64,000 bases of DNA, taken from the NCBI RefSeq assembly GCF_963921235.1, contig NC_086097.1, positions 119,414,001 through 119,478,000 on the forward strand. Direction: 5' to 3'. The stretch is from Mobula hypostoma (Eukaryota). The notes under the pieces are model-generated. The model did not search any database. It saw only the letters and a program-made list of their open reading frames with translations, and was not told where the DNA came from. Below are positions 10,480-23,366 of the stretch, piece after piece. The first letter of the stretch is position 1; each line of letters starts with the position of its first letter. A program made the translations under genes and the position numbers.

Positions 10480-13165
10480 AGGGTGAAGGTCCTGTAAACT
10501 TGTATGAATCTATAACTCTATAACCTGGGAAATCCTCCTCATCTCCATTCTAAATGAATGTTTCTCTATTCCCTCCAACCTACGGCTGCACCCTCTGATC
10601 TTTGATTCTCCCGCTATGGGAAACATCCTCTCCACATCCACTCCATCTAGATCTTCCAAAATTTGATAGGTTTCAATGAGATCACCCCTCATTCAACTAA
10701 ATGTGTCACAATGGGGTGCCAGGAACGGACCCAAATGCGAGACACAGGCACTGAAGTACAAGGAACAGGACTTGACTGGAGTAGGGACATGACAGGATAG
10801 AGGCAAGGAGCAGGGACAAGAACGCAGACTTGGGCTAGGGAAAGCGGGACCAGGACTAGGAACCATGGACTAGGAGACAAGGCTGGGATTCCGAGCCCAA
10901 GACAGGACATGGACCCAGAACCTGGGTCTTGTCTTGGGCTTGGACTCCAGAACCAAGCAAGGACATGACAGGGCTTCAGGACAGGACAAGGCTGGGGTGT
11001 AGAGGCCTGAGCTTGGCTTGAGGCTGGGGTCTCGGGTCTTGAGTTCTTGGAGCTTGGCTTGGGATCCTCGAGGCTTGGGTTCTTGGAGCTTGGCTTGGGA
11101 TCCTTGAGGCTTGGGTTCTTGGAGCACGGCTTGGGATCCTCGAGGCTTGGGTTCTCTAACACAGCCTAAAGATGACAAGTGGCTGCTCTAGCCTTCCACC
11201 GGCCAGTTGCTTCTAGGGGAACTGACAAGACAAACCAGCAGCTCACACTCAACCCTAAGGCTACTTATATTCCAAGCCCCAAGATGGGAATCAGGTTCCT
11301 GTGATTAACTCAAACAAGGGACAGCTGGAGGACCCGGAGACCAGAGTCCACGGACCAGACCGTGAACCAGAATGCGGACTTCACGGACCGAACCATGGCA
11401 AAATGTCAGTAAGTACAGGTGCAGGACCATCAAATGTTCCTCGTATGATAACCCTTTCATTCCCAGAACATCAGCGCATCCTTTCTTAGATAAGGTACTT
11501 ACAACTGCTCACAATACTCCAAAATGAGGTCTCACCGGTGCCTTAGAAAACTTCAGTATTACAGCCTTGTTTTTATATTCTACTCCTCTTGAAATGAATT
11601 CTAACATTGTATTTGCCTTCCTCGCCACCAACCCAACTTTTAGCGATTTCTTCATGAGGATTCCCAAGTCCCTTTGCACCTCAGATTTTTGAATTTTCTG
11701 CCCATTGAGAAAATAGATTACACTTTTGTTTTTTTCTACCAAGACCATACATTTCTGCAACCCCCCTACTTCCTCAACACAACCAGCCCCTTAACCTATT
11801 TTCATATTGTCCACAAACTTGATCACATGGCCATCAATTCTTTTATCCAAATCATTGACATTTAATGTTAAAAGAAAAACTCCCAACACAGACTCCTACG
11901 GAACACCACTAGTCACCAGCAGCCAACCAGAAAAACTCCCTTTATTCCCACTCTTTGTGTCCTGTCAATCAGTCAATGCTCTATCTATGCTAGTACCTTT
12001 CCTGTAATACCATGGGTTCTCATCTCGCTAAGAAGCCTCTTGTGTAGCATTTTGTCAAAGGCCTTCTGAAAATCCAAGTACATTACATCCACCAATTCTC
12101 CTTCATCTATCCTGCTTGTTGTTTCCACAAAAAGATTGCAATAAATTTCTCAAGCAAGTTGTTTCCTTAAGGAAACCATGCTGACGTTGGTCTATTTTAT
12201 CATGTGCCTCCAAGCCCCTTAAGAGCTCATCCTTAACAATTGACTCCAACATCTTCCTAATCAGTGGTCAGGCTAACTGTAGTATAATTCTTTTCTTCTT
12301 CCTTCCTCCCCTCTTACATAGAAATATAGAAATCTACAGCACATTACAGGCCCTTCAACCCACAATGCTGTGCCAACAATGTAAACTACTTTAGAAGCTG
12401 CCTAGAATTTCCCTACTGCATAGACCTCTAGTTTTCTAAGCTCCATATACCTATCGAAGAGTCTCTTAAAAGACCCTACAGTATCCGCCTGTACCACTTT
12501 CGCTCGCAGTGCCTTCCACGTTCCTACCACTCTCTGTGTGAAAAACTTACCTCTGACATCCCCCCGTACCTACTTGTAAGCACCTTAAAACTATGCCCTC
12601 TCATGTTAGCAATTTCAGCCCTGGTAAAAAGCCTCTGGCTATCCACGCAAGCAATGCCTCCCATCATCTTACAGAGTGGAGAGACATTTGCAATTTTCCA
12701 GTCTCCAAACCCATGCCAGAATCTTGCGATCTGGTCCAGATGACTTATTTACCATCAGACCATTCAGCTTCCCAAGCACCTTTTCTCTAGTAATAGCAAT
12801 TGCACATATTTCTGTCCCCCATCACTGTGGAGCCTCTGGCCTACTGCTAGTATCTTCCACAGTGAAGACAGATGCAAAGTACTTATTTAGTTCACTTGCC
12901 ATTTTCTTGTGTCCCATTCTATCTTTCCAGCAGTCTGATATCTACTGTCATCCTTCTTTCACTCTTTATATATCTGAAAAAAAAATTGATATCTTCTTTG
13001 ATATTATTGGCTAATTTACTTTCATATTTCATCTTTTTCCTCCTTACAGCTTTATTAGTTGCCTTCAGCTGGATTTTTAAAGCTTCCCAATCAATAACTT
13101 GCAACTAATTTTTTGCTCTAGTATATGCCCTCTCTTTTGATTTTATGTTGCTTATGACTTCCCTT
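10480..13165 (-). mobile_element. Old CR1 LINE (RT region) hosting a solo LTR and a younger CR1 3' end (~12318-12672)
   Basis: Fragmentary CR1 RT peptides: MRGDLIETYQIL, VQRDLGIL, KYESKLANNIK. Confidence 0.82.
10704..11400 (-). mobile_element. Solo LTR (Gypsy-like) with an internal 36-bp tandem repeat
   Basis: tgtca...tggca termini, 5-bp TSD AAATG (10699-10703, 11401-11405); the host CR1 is continuous across it. Orientation inferred from a TATA-like motif near 11265. Confidence 0.85.
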
Positions 13166-13247
13166 GAGCAAAGTTCAAGGGGAACATGAGGAGAATCGTC
13201 GTCTATCCAAGGATGGAGAGAGTGCGGAATAAGCTGACAGCTCCAGT

Positions 13248-13463
13248 AACACACATCAAAGTTGCTGGTGAACGCAGCAGGCCAGGCAGCATCTCTAGGA
13301 AGAGGTACAGTCGACGTTTCAGGCCGAGACCCTTCATCCTGGTACAGGACGGCCTGAAACGTCGACTGTACCTCTTCCTAGAGATGCTGCCTGGCCTGCT
13401 GCGTTCACCAGCAACTTTAATGTGTGTTGCTTGAATTTCCAGCATCTGCAGAATTCCTGTTGT
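13248..13463. mobile_element. Mini Penelope hairpin insertion
   Basis: 79-bp inverted arms (13248-13326 and 13350-13428, 1 mismatch) plus tail; 13-bp TSD tgacagctc(c/t)a(g/c)t. Confidence 0.9.
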
Positions 13464-14869
13464 TGACAGCTCTACTGTTTATTTCAATACTTAGGAGTAG
13501 TTTGGATAAGTACAAGAATGAGAGGGAGACGGAGGGCTATTGGCTTCATGCAGCTCGTTGTGACTAAGCAGATTAATGGTTTGGCACATACTAGATAGGC
13601 TGAAGGGTCTGCTTCTGTGCTGTAGTGTTCTATGACTCTAAGGGGAACATTCAACAGTCTTAAACAGTGAGGTAGATGCTGTCCTTGAGCCTGGTGGTAC
13701 CTGCTTTCAGGTCTTTGTATCTTCTCTCCAGTGGGGATGCCCAGGGTGGATAGGGGCTTTTAATATATTGGATGCCTATGGCCTAATTATCCATTTCTAT
13801 CTGGGAAAAGGGGGTTGCAGCATCCACTCCAGGACCAAAAACAGTTACTTCCCCCAAGCTGTCAGGCTGAATGAAACCTCAAGTCATTAATCCACCCCAA
13901 CACCACCCACTACTACCATATGCACATCATCTAGTGTCTCCTTATGTACATGCAATCAGCCTATGTATTTAACAGTTACCTGGCCATTTTGCATTGTGTT
14001 TTATAGGATTGCTGTTATTATTTTTTTGTTTTTATAGTGTGTTCTTTATACTTATTTTGCTTTTTTAAATACTGCAACAGATCCCGGTTAGAATTCATTT
14101 CATTCTCCTTTACACACATGTACTGAAGAATTGCAATAAACAATCTTGTATCTTGATCTAAAATCTTTACGATGGTAGTGTGAAGTAGAGATAGATCCAT
14201 GGAGGGGAGGCTGATTTTCATGACATTCCGATCTGTGTTTCCAACCCTCTGCAACTTCTTGTGTTCATGATCAAAGCAGTTGGTATGCCAAACTGTGATG
14301 CCTTCAGTTAGGATGTTTGCTATGATACATCTATAAATTTGGTGAGGGTTAAAATTTCTTTAGCCTCCCAAGTAAGTACAAGGATAGATACTGTAACAAA
14401 TAGTAAATGGATATCAGAGTGTGGTGTGTGATCAGAGAAGATTAGAAAGGGATTACCATCAGGAAAGAGCTACAGGAGCATCAGGACTGGGTTTGCCAGA
14501 CTGGGTAACAGCTTCTCCTCCCCAGGCTGTGAGACAAATAAATACGCTACCACCACTAGGACAGCGAGCTATGTACTGATTACTGTTCAGCTGTGCTGCA
14601 CATTTCGCTTGCAATTTGAATGATATTTCATTAGGTTACTTGTGGTAATATTTTGTTTTGTGTGCGGTGTGTGATGAGTATGTATAGTGGGTGTACTCTG
14701 GTCCGGAGGAACATAGTTTCATTTGGTTGTATGTATGTACAATCAGATGACAATAAACTTGAATATGAACTTGTTTAGCTGAGAAGTAGAAACAATTGGA
14801 AAGACAAAATGGACCTACAGCATTAAATTATCAAGGGAAATATCCACAATAAAAAGTTTGGGTTGGCAA

Positions 14870-15850
14870 TAGACCATTATCAGGTAGACACTGCCAACAA
14901 CAAGGGAAATATTACATAACTCTTTTGCTTCTGCATTTACAATGGAATTGGAACATTCCGGTGGATGGTGAGATGACAGATAAGATCATATTCTTTTGAA
15001 AAAGGAAACGAAAGGACAGATTAAGCAAAGCAATCAAACACAAAGAAGAAATGGGATCCCTCATCCAAATAGATTGCATCCATGTCTTTAATCAAAAATA
15101 TACAGAAGACAACAAATTACAACATATATTTCATAATTTGTAAGGAAGAATGTGGTACCAGAGGACTGGCAAACATGTCCAGGGAATTATAAACCAGTCA
15201 GCTTAATTTCATTTGTCAGAAAATGAATGAAGTCCCTTCTGAGAAAGAGAATAGAATGAAAATTGGGTATAATGAATAATCATTTCAAAGTAGAAAAGTG
15301 TTTGAACAACCATATTATATTTTTGAAGAAATCAAGGAAATATGCCACATACATCAACATTTTCAAAAATCTTTAACAAAGTGTCTCCTAATAAAGTCAG
15401 TGATTACAGAATTGGGGGTAGGAAATAAAATAAATTGCTTTCTGATGTCAAAAAAGAAAATCGAAAGTGGAATTAAGTTACGTCTAAGTGTAACAAAGAA
15501 GCTCGTAGAGCTCAACAAGTATCAGCATTTGATCCACCGCTTTTCACAACTTGCATTTATGCATATACATTTTAATCAAAGACTATCCCTTAATTTTGGG
15601 ATTATCGGAAATGTGGGACTGAGTATGGGGAGTGTGATGGGTGAAGATAGTCAAAACTCGACCTTTGCACAGACGACAGGAGCAAAGGTTTCTTTGGTTA
15701 CAAATATGCTGATATGAAGTGCCTAATTTTAAGGTGATTGGAGGAGAGTATGGGGAGAATGTCAGAGATAATTTTTTTACACCATGTGATGGGTATGTGG
15801 AAGTGGTAGTAGATTCAGATACATTCAGACATTTAAGAGAGACATGTCTC
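14870..15850 (+). mobile_element. Very old CR1 remnant
   Basis: gaggactggc...ccagggaattataaaccagtcagctta (EDW...PGNYKPVSL). Confidence 0.55.
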
Positions 15851-16228
15851 TGTAGAACCATACCAGTTTTTATCAACGCATTATAGAAAACATTCTCTCC
15901 AGATGAAAAATGACTTGGTTTGAAGATTGCTCTGCAGATGACTGCAAGAAACTGTAGAGTTGTGGATCCAACTCAGTACATCACAGGAACCAGCCTCCCC
16001 CCCTGTGAACTTGAGCTATCCTTCTTGCTACCTCAGTAAAGCAGCTAACATAATCAAAAACTCCACCTACCCTGAGCATTCTATCCTTCCACTCTCCCAT
16101 CGGGCAGAATAATCAAAATTCTACAAGAGCATACCAGCAAGTTCTGTGAATCTGTTGAGGTCATACATTGTATCAGGTTCTCCTGATACAGTCTTCTGTA
16201 CATTGGTGAGATCGGGAGACAGCTTACT

Positions 16229-16601
16229 GACAGCAGCGCCGTGGTCAACCAGACATTCCACACTAGTCTGTCTTTGTCTCCTCTCCTCGCCGAAGACCCT
16301 GGGCCTTGGACTCCCGCTCAGGGTCAATCCCGCCACCCAGGGTCACAGCATCACGTCTCCCCTCTCTGTCCCTATCGTGCCTTCTCCCTCAAAGCCCCGC
16401 GAAAAACAGGCAGACAAGAAAGAATAACCTCTATCCTAATTGGTTAACAAATGAATACAATTCTATTTATAACCCAAGCAAGCTGCTGGAGAGACAACTT
16501 TCTCAGCAGTAATTATTACAGAAAAGTCATTTTAATTATAACATAACAAAGAAGCCATTTTGTTAGCCTTCGCAGTAACAGAAAAGAAGAAACCCCTTAC
16601 A
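16229..16601 (-). mobile_element. Partial LTR
   Basis: Minus strand begins TGTAAGGGG and has a CCAAT box; the other terminus is not evident. Confidence 0.5.
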
Positions 16602-16855
16602 TACAGTTTTGAGTGAAAATGCAGAAAGTTTGAAGTTTCTCCTCATCGCCTTCTACTTTAGACCGCAAACTTATCAATCACCCCTGCAGTGGACCACTTT
16701 CTGGAGGTCCAAGATGCCAACTTCTACAAAGAAGGGATCTGTATGCTCCACGACCGCTGGATAAGTGTGTAAATATAGGAAAAATAAATGTGCTGGGTTT
16801 TCTAATATTGACTCATTCTAACTTAGTCCACGAACTTATCAATCCCCCCTCCTAG
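16602..16855 (+). mobile_element. Mariner DNA transposon 3' remnant
   Basis: Encodes DHFLEVQDANFYKEGICMLHDRW (mariner transposase C-terminus); repeated aacttatcaatc terminal motif. Confidence 0.7.
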
Positions 16856-17736
16856 CTTCATTTTGTGTGTTTCACCCTGTTAAAGAAAGTATGATAAGAT
16901 ATCGAGTGTGTTGCCTGGGACGTTGTAGTGGGATGAGAAATACTGATCTCCTTAGTGCAACATCTGCATTAATGTTGTTTTCTTTTCTTTCTTTCTTTTT
17001 TAATCTTTTTATTGGTTTCATAATGGTGAACATAACATAATATTGATACAAAGTTATTGGGATTACATTGTTATAATCAACATATTTAATTATAAATCCA
17101 GTTGACACACGGGTACTAAACCTCCCAATCATACAGGATACAAATATAATATACATAAAAAAAGAAAAAAATTATGAAAAAGGAAAAAAATATATAAAAA
17201 TATACCCCCAAAAAACAAGCCTAAACAATGTTAGCCAACTAAACTAAAAAAAAGACATGGGCTGTTATGTAACATCAAAAAAAAAAGAATCATTAGTGTC
17301 ATCAACTCCGTTCCTCTCAACATATATTAAAAAGAAATAGAATAAGTTTGGAAAATATCAAATTACATCATATGGAAGTGTTGAATAAATGGCCTCCAAG
17401 TCTTTTCAAATTTAATAGAGAGATCATAAATAGCACTTCTAATTTTTTCTAAGTTTAAACATAACATAGTTTGAAGGAACTAATGAAATGTGGTGCAAGG
17501 ATTAATCTCTTTCCAATTCAGCAAAATGGATCTTCTAGCCATTAATGTAAGAAATGCAATCATCCGACGAGCTGAAGAGGTTAAATGACTTGACTCTATC
17601 ATTGGTAACACAAAAATTGCAGTAATAGGGTGAGGTTGTAAATCAATATTCAGAACAGTTGAAATAATATCAAACAACACACATCAAAGTTGCTGGTGAA
17701 CGCAGCAGGCCAAGCAGCATCTATAGGAAGAGGCGC

Positions 17737-17772
17737 AGTCGACGTTTCAGGCCGAGACCCTTCGTCAGGACT
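17737..17772 (-). ncRNA. Minimal type I hammerhead ribozyme
   Basis: Exact reverse complement of the motif at 19168-19203. Confidence 0.8.
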
Positions 17773-19167
17773 AACTGAAGGAAGAGTGAGTAAGGGATTT
17801 GAAAGCTGGAGGGGGAGGGGGAGATGCAAAATGATAGGAGAAGACAGGAGGGGGAGGGATGGAGCCGAGAGCTGGACAGGTGATAGGCAGAAGGGGATAT
17901 GAGAGGATCATGGGACAGGAGGTCCGGGAAGAAAGACAAGGGGGGGGGAACCAGAGGATGGGCAAGGGGTATAGTGAGAGGGACAGAGGAAGGAAAAGGA
18001 GAGAGAGAAAAAGAATGTGTGTATATATATAAATAAATAAATAACGGACGGGGTACAAGGGGGAGGTGGGGCATTAACGGAAGTTAGAGAAGTCAACATT
18101 CATGCCATCAGGTTGGCGGCTACCCAGACGGAATATAAGGTGTTGTTCCTCCAACCTGAGTGTGGCTTCATCTTTACAGCAGAGGAGGCCGTGGATAGAT
18201 ATCAGAATGGGAATGGGATATGGAATTAAAATGTGTGGCCACTGGGAGATCCTGCTTTCTCTGGCGGACAGAGCGTCGGTGTTCAGCGAAACGATCTCCC
18301 AGTCTGCGTCAGGTCGCGCCAATATATAGAAGGCTGCATCGGGAGCACCGGACGCAGTATATCACCCCAGCCGACTCACAGGTGAAGTGTCGCCTCACCT
18401 GGAAGGACTGTCTGGGGCCCTGAATGGTGGTGAGGGAGGAAGTGTAAGGGCATGTGTAGCACTTGTTCCGCTTACACGGATAAGTGCTACACATGCCCTT
18501 ACACTTCCTCCCTTACCACCATTCAGGGCCCCAAACAGTCCTTCCAGGTGAGGCATCACTTCACCTGTGAGTCGACTGGGGTGATATACTGCGTCCGGTG
18601 CTCCCGATGTGGCATTTTATATATTGGTGAGACCCGACGCAGACTGGGAGACCGCTTTGCTGAACATCTATGCTCTGTCCACCAGAGAAAGCAGGATCTC
18701 CCAGTGGCCACACATTTTAATTCCACATCCCATTCCCATTCTGACATGTCTATCCACGGCCTCCTCTACTGTAAAGATGAAGCCACACTCAGGTTGGAGG
18801 AACAACACCTTATATTCCGTCTGGGTAGCCTCCAACCTGATGGCATGAACATTGACTTCTCTAACTTCCGCTAGGCCCCACCTCCCCCTCGTACCCCATC
18901 TGTTACTCATTTTTATGCACACATTCTTTCTCTCACTCTCCTTTTTCTCCCTCTGTCCCTCTGAATATACCTCTTGCCCATCCTCTGGGTCACCCCCCCC
19001 CCGTCATTCTTCCCGGACCTCCTGTCCCATGATCCTCTCGTATCCCCTTTTGCTTATCACCTGTCCAGCTCTCGGCTCTATCCCTCCCCCTCCTGTCTTC
19101 TCCTATCATTTTGCATCTCCCCCTCCCCCTCCAGCTTTCAAATCCCTTACTCACTCTTCCTTCAGTT

Positions 19168-19203
19168 AGTCCTGACGAAGGGTCTCGGCCTGAAACGTCG
19201 ACT
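19168..19203 (+). ncRNA. Minimal type I hammerhead ribozyme
   Basis: agtc-CUGACGA-agg(gucucgg)ccu-GAAA-cGUC-gacu: core boxes, stems I and II, palindromic ACGU in place of stem III. Confidence 0.82.
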
Positions 19204-19759
19204 GCGCCTCTTCCTATAGATGCTGCTTGGCCTGCTGCGTTCACCAGCAACTTTGATGTGTGTTGCTTGAATTTCCAGCATCTGCAGAATTCCTGTTGTT
19301 TGCGAAATAATATCAAAAATATCTTTCCAGTATTTTTTCAAAAAAGGACATGACCAAAACATATGAGTTAAAGCAGCTATCTCAAAGTGACATCTATCGC
19401 ATACAAGATTTATATGAGAATAATGACGAACTAATTTATCCTTAGACATATGAGCCCTATGCACTACTGTAAACTGTATCAACATATGTTTAGCACATAT
19501 AGAGGATGAGTTAACTAATTGAAGAATTTTTTTCCCATTTTTCAATTGGTAAAGTAATCTTAAGTTCCAATGTTGTTTTGTTAAATATCTATTCACATAT
19601 ACTGTAGCTACAGATACTGGGGCAAGAGGTGATGAATTTTGTGCACCAAAACTTCAACTGAAATCTCTTAGCTACAGTTCCATTGACAAAGCATCTGTGC
19701 TTTTATTATTCTACAGAAGCCCAGATTTCTAACAGAGTTCAAAGTAAGTTGATCATGCA

Positions 19760-20073
19760 GATAATCAGAAGTGTTTTTTTTACCCCAGAGCTGAAATGGC
19801 TAGAATGAGAGAGCACAGTTGGAAGAAGGTACAGAGGAGATGTCAGGGGTAAGTTTTTTACACAGAGATTGGTGAGTGCGTGGAATGGGCTGCTGGCGAC
19901 GGTGGTGGAAGCGGATACGATAGGGTCTTTTAAGAGACTCCTGGACAGGTACATGGAGCTCAGAAAAATGGAGGGCTATGGGTAAACTGAGATAATTTCT
20001 ATGGTAAGGACATGTTCGGCACAGCTTTGTGGGTCGAGGGGCCTGTATTGTGCTGTAGGTTGTCTATGTTTCT
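19760..20073 (+). mobile_element. CR1 3' fragment
   Basis: agaggagatgtcaggggtaagttttttacacag and ctatgtttcta tail. Confidence 0.85.
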
Positions 20074-20744
20074 AAATTTATTATTGAAGTATGTATATGT
20101 CACCATGTACTACCCTGAGATTCAGTTTTTCTTGCAGGCATTCACAGTAAAACAAAGAAATACCAGTCAACAGAATAACAAAAAAATTACTTATTTCAAT
20201 CATGGAAGGATTAATTTTAGGATTTTCTCTTTTTGCTTGGTGTTTTCCATCAGAAGAAACAGTGTCTCTTTTCTAAAATCTCTTTGACATTTTAACATTA
20301 TGGAGGGTTATGGGATATTTTCAGCACAGCTTAATAACATCCATGGGATGCTCCAAACACCGAATGCATGTGTGAGTAGGAGAGACTTTGTTTGGCAGTG
20401 ACACTGCAGATCCACCTGACAATAGTACAGTAATTTGCATACTTCATATACTTGAAGGTCCACGTCCTCTTCTGCGTATTGAATCCCAGTTTACTGTACA
20501 GTTCCTTTTAGGTAAAGAAAATACAGAAACCATGAAGAGCACTCAGCAGGTCAGACTGTGCAAAAATAAAATAGTTGCTGCTCATCCAATTAAATATCAT
20601 CTGTTCTCTTTCCAAAGATGCTGCCTGACCTGCTGCCAATAATTTGCTTTTAGGAAAACCTTGGTCATGTTTTTGAGGCTAAATCCCTAGACCTACTAAA
20701 ACGTTTTAATGATAATTCCCTTGACATGCTAAATTGTTAAGACA

Positions 20745-21210
20745 TAGAGTCATAGAAAAATACATCAAAGAAACAGGTTCTTTGGCCCATCTAGTCCATG
20801 CCGAACAATTTAAACTGCCTTCTCCCACTGACCTGCAAGGGGGCAATAGCCTATGGCATCCCTACCATCCATGTACTAATCCAAACTTGTCTGAAACTTT
20901 CAAATCAAGCTTGCATGCACCATTTGTGCTGGCAGCTTGTTCCACACTTTCACAACCCTCTGAGAGAAGTTTCTGCTCATGTTCCCCTTAAACTTTTCAC
21001 CTTTTACTTTTAGCCCATGATCTCTAGTTGTAGCCCCACCCAACTTGAGTGGAAAAAAAACTGCTTTTATTTATCGTATCGATACCTCTCATAATTTTGT
21101 ATACCTCTATTAAATCTTCCCTCAGTCTACTGTGTTGCAAAGAATAAAGTCCAAACTTATTCAATCTTAACTTATATCTCAGATGCTCCAGACTCAGCAA
21201 CATCCTTGTA
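20745..21210 (-). mobile_element. Old CR1 3' fragment
   Basis: catagagtcataga tail and degenerate CR1 ORF2 end. Confidence 0.7.
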
Positions 21211-22319
21211 AAATTTGTAAAGTTGAATGTGACTTACCTGTGCTGAAGCAGAATTGTGTGCAGCTCCCATGAATTGTTCTTGGAATTTGTCTCTGAAACA
21301 GTAGAGTGTCAGTTTTAAGTTATCAAAATCCTTTTAATTATTAAATTCTGTGGAAAGGCTACAAACCTTCTTGACACGCACCAACATGACATTACTGAAA
21401 GTCATTCCCCAAATGTAGTAAGGACCCTCAGTCTTCAAATAGAACCTGCATCTCCTCATCACCTTGAGGCTTACTGGTCAGCACTATGCATCAGGTAAGA
21501 CTTCTTCACAGGGAAGAAGCAACTCTATTTGTTTGTATTTTTATAGTCTGCTGTGTTTATTGAGCATAAATTGTTATATCTAATACTTCTATGAAACTGA
21601 TAATTTTAGGAATGCAAAGAGTATCTAATAGTGCAATACCATAATTGCATTATTTTATATCAATGGTCCTATCTCTTTTCATTGGCTGACATTTAAGAGC
21701 AAATGAAAAATTACTTACATTCTATCATATCAGAAAAAAATCAGCAAGATAAATACATTTGGAAAATTTAAACATTTCCTTCCCTATATCAATTGTTGGC
21801 AAACATCTAGAATGGGTCTTTAGAAATTACATTTGCTAAAAAAAGTGGACAGAGAAGGAGATAAATTGCTCACAGGTCTATCAAATGGTGAACTGATACA
21901 TCAGTGCATATCATTTGTTTCTGTCCTTTTGATTATGCACTAGTGTACCATGCAAGGAGAGCTAAATGGAAATTTTCATGGTTCGTGGTTTTTCAAAATA
22001 TTTTTTCAATCCATCAACACACTTGATTCCAGGAGAGAAATTTGATTTAGTTTTCTGACTTTACAAAACAATAAGGAACGGGTTCATCCCCTGTCCTGAT
22101 ATGGTATATTTCCTCTTGGGTCCAGGTGTAAAAGTTGTTGCAAGACCTTTTCTGCCTCCGAGGATGCTATTGAAATCGTATGGCATTATTTAAAAACAGC
22201 TGGAGACATGCTCCTCCCCCAATCCCCAACCAAACATCACATGTTAATAAAAAACATGCCATTTTAGAAAACCAAAAACACTGCATACACATCACTGAGC
22301 ATTACTGTCTGTACATCTA

Positions 22320-22992
22320 TGTGCATTCAGTGGGCACATTTTGAGGTAAACCTATACACCTGCTTGTTAATTCAAATATAGAATCAGCCAATGCACAAAA
22401 GCATGCAGATATGATCAAGTCATTCAGTTGTTTTTCAGACCAAACATTGGAATGGTGAAGAAATGTGATCTCTGTAACTTTGATTGTAGAATGATTGTTG
22501 GTGCCAGGCAGGGAGGTTTGAATATCTAAGAAACTGCTTATCTCCTGGTATTTTCATGGAAATCAGTGTCTATACTTTAAAGCGATGGTGCAAAAACAAA
22601 AAAAACAAAGCATCCAGTGAGTGGCACTTGTGTGAGCAAAAAACCTAGAGAGGTCAGAGAAGAATGACCAGACTTGTTCAAGCTGACAGGAAAGCGACTC
22701 TAACTTAAATAACCGTGTGTTACAAGTGTTATGCAAAAGAGCATCTTAGAATGCACAACACATTGAACCTTGAAGTGGATGGGCAACAGCAGCAGAAGAC
22801 CATGAACATTCACACAGTGATCTCTTTGTTAGGTACAGGAGGTAGCTAATAAAATGCTTAATAAACACACAGAAAATACTGGAAGAACTCAGCAGGTCAG
22901 GCAGCATGTATGGAAATGAATAAACAGTCGACATTTTGGGCCAAGACCCTTCTTCGGGACTGACACCTAATAAAGTGGCCACTGAGTGTATA
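22320..22992 (+). mobile_element. Internally deleted Tc1 transposon with a small Penelope pLTR insert (~22862-22965)
   Basis: TIR ctaataaagtggccactgagtgta plus TA, degenerate left TIR; MVKKCDL..FD..MIVGAR N-terminal HTH region. Confidence 0.82.
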
Positions 22993-23366
22993 CATTTGAG
23001 AAACTTTACTTAGGTTACGAAGTCATCTGCTTTTCTGGAAATTCAATCCAACAAGAGAAATCTACAATGGGTTTCTATTTTTCATTTACAAATCCAGAAT
23101 ATATTGTCAAACTGGCATGGCAATCTGCTGGTTCTTTAGGTTCAAAATGGTAACAATGCAAATAATGTGTATTTATTCTGTGAAATTCCTTTCACAAAGA
23201 TTCTAACATCAAAAATATTGGGCAACACACATCAAAGTTGCTGGTGAACGGAGCAGGTATTGGGAATGATTTTGCATTTAGAGTTAATAAATCTATTAAT
23301 AAATTGGCAGCATCATTGTGTAGCACTTATAACGCTAATTCAGCGATGCATTTCACTATATTTTAA

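Larger units (their letters stand above)
17675..19303. mobile_element. Palindromic Penelope insertion (two ~800-bp inverted arms, each GIY-YIG plus pLTR)
   Basis: GVIYCVRCSRCG.LYIGET on both strands; centre near 18476; 14-bp TSD gaaataatatcaaa (17661-17674, 19304-19317). Confidence 0.95.
16978..19590 (-). mobile_element. L1-clade LINE 3' end, interrupted by the Penelope palindrome
   Basis: CDRC...HMFWSC zinc knuckle continuing to ARRSILLNWK; AATAAA near 17008 and an A-rich tail. Confidence 0.85.

Noticed and set aside
10689..11178. Pro/Ser/Lys repeat protein ORFs
   Set aside because: Translations of the tandem repeat inside a solo LTR.
15298..15717. 139-aa host ORF
   Set aside because: Lies within a heavily decayed CR1 RT remnant.
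18452..18874. Stand-alone GIY-YIG nuclease gene
   Set aside because: It is the truncated Penelope endonuclease; its apparent N-terminus is created by the palindrome centre.
22085..22200. Kinase-like (EAEKVLQQLLHLDPRG) or zinc-finger-like (CKSCCKTF) exon
   Set aside because: Short and without a supporting exon chain (the kinase-like frame is also bounded by stops); the nearby CAGCTG and AT-rich motif is equally compatible with regulatory DNA.
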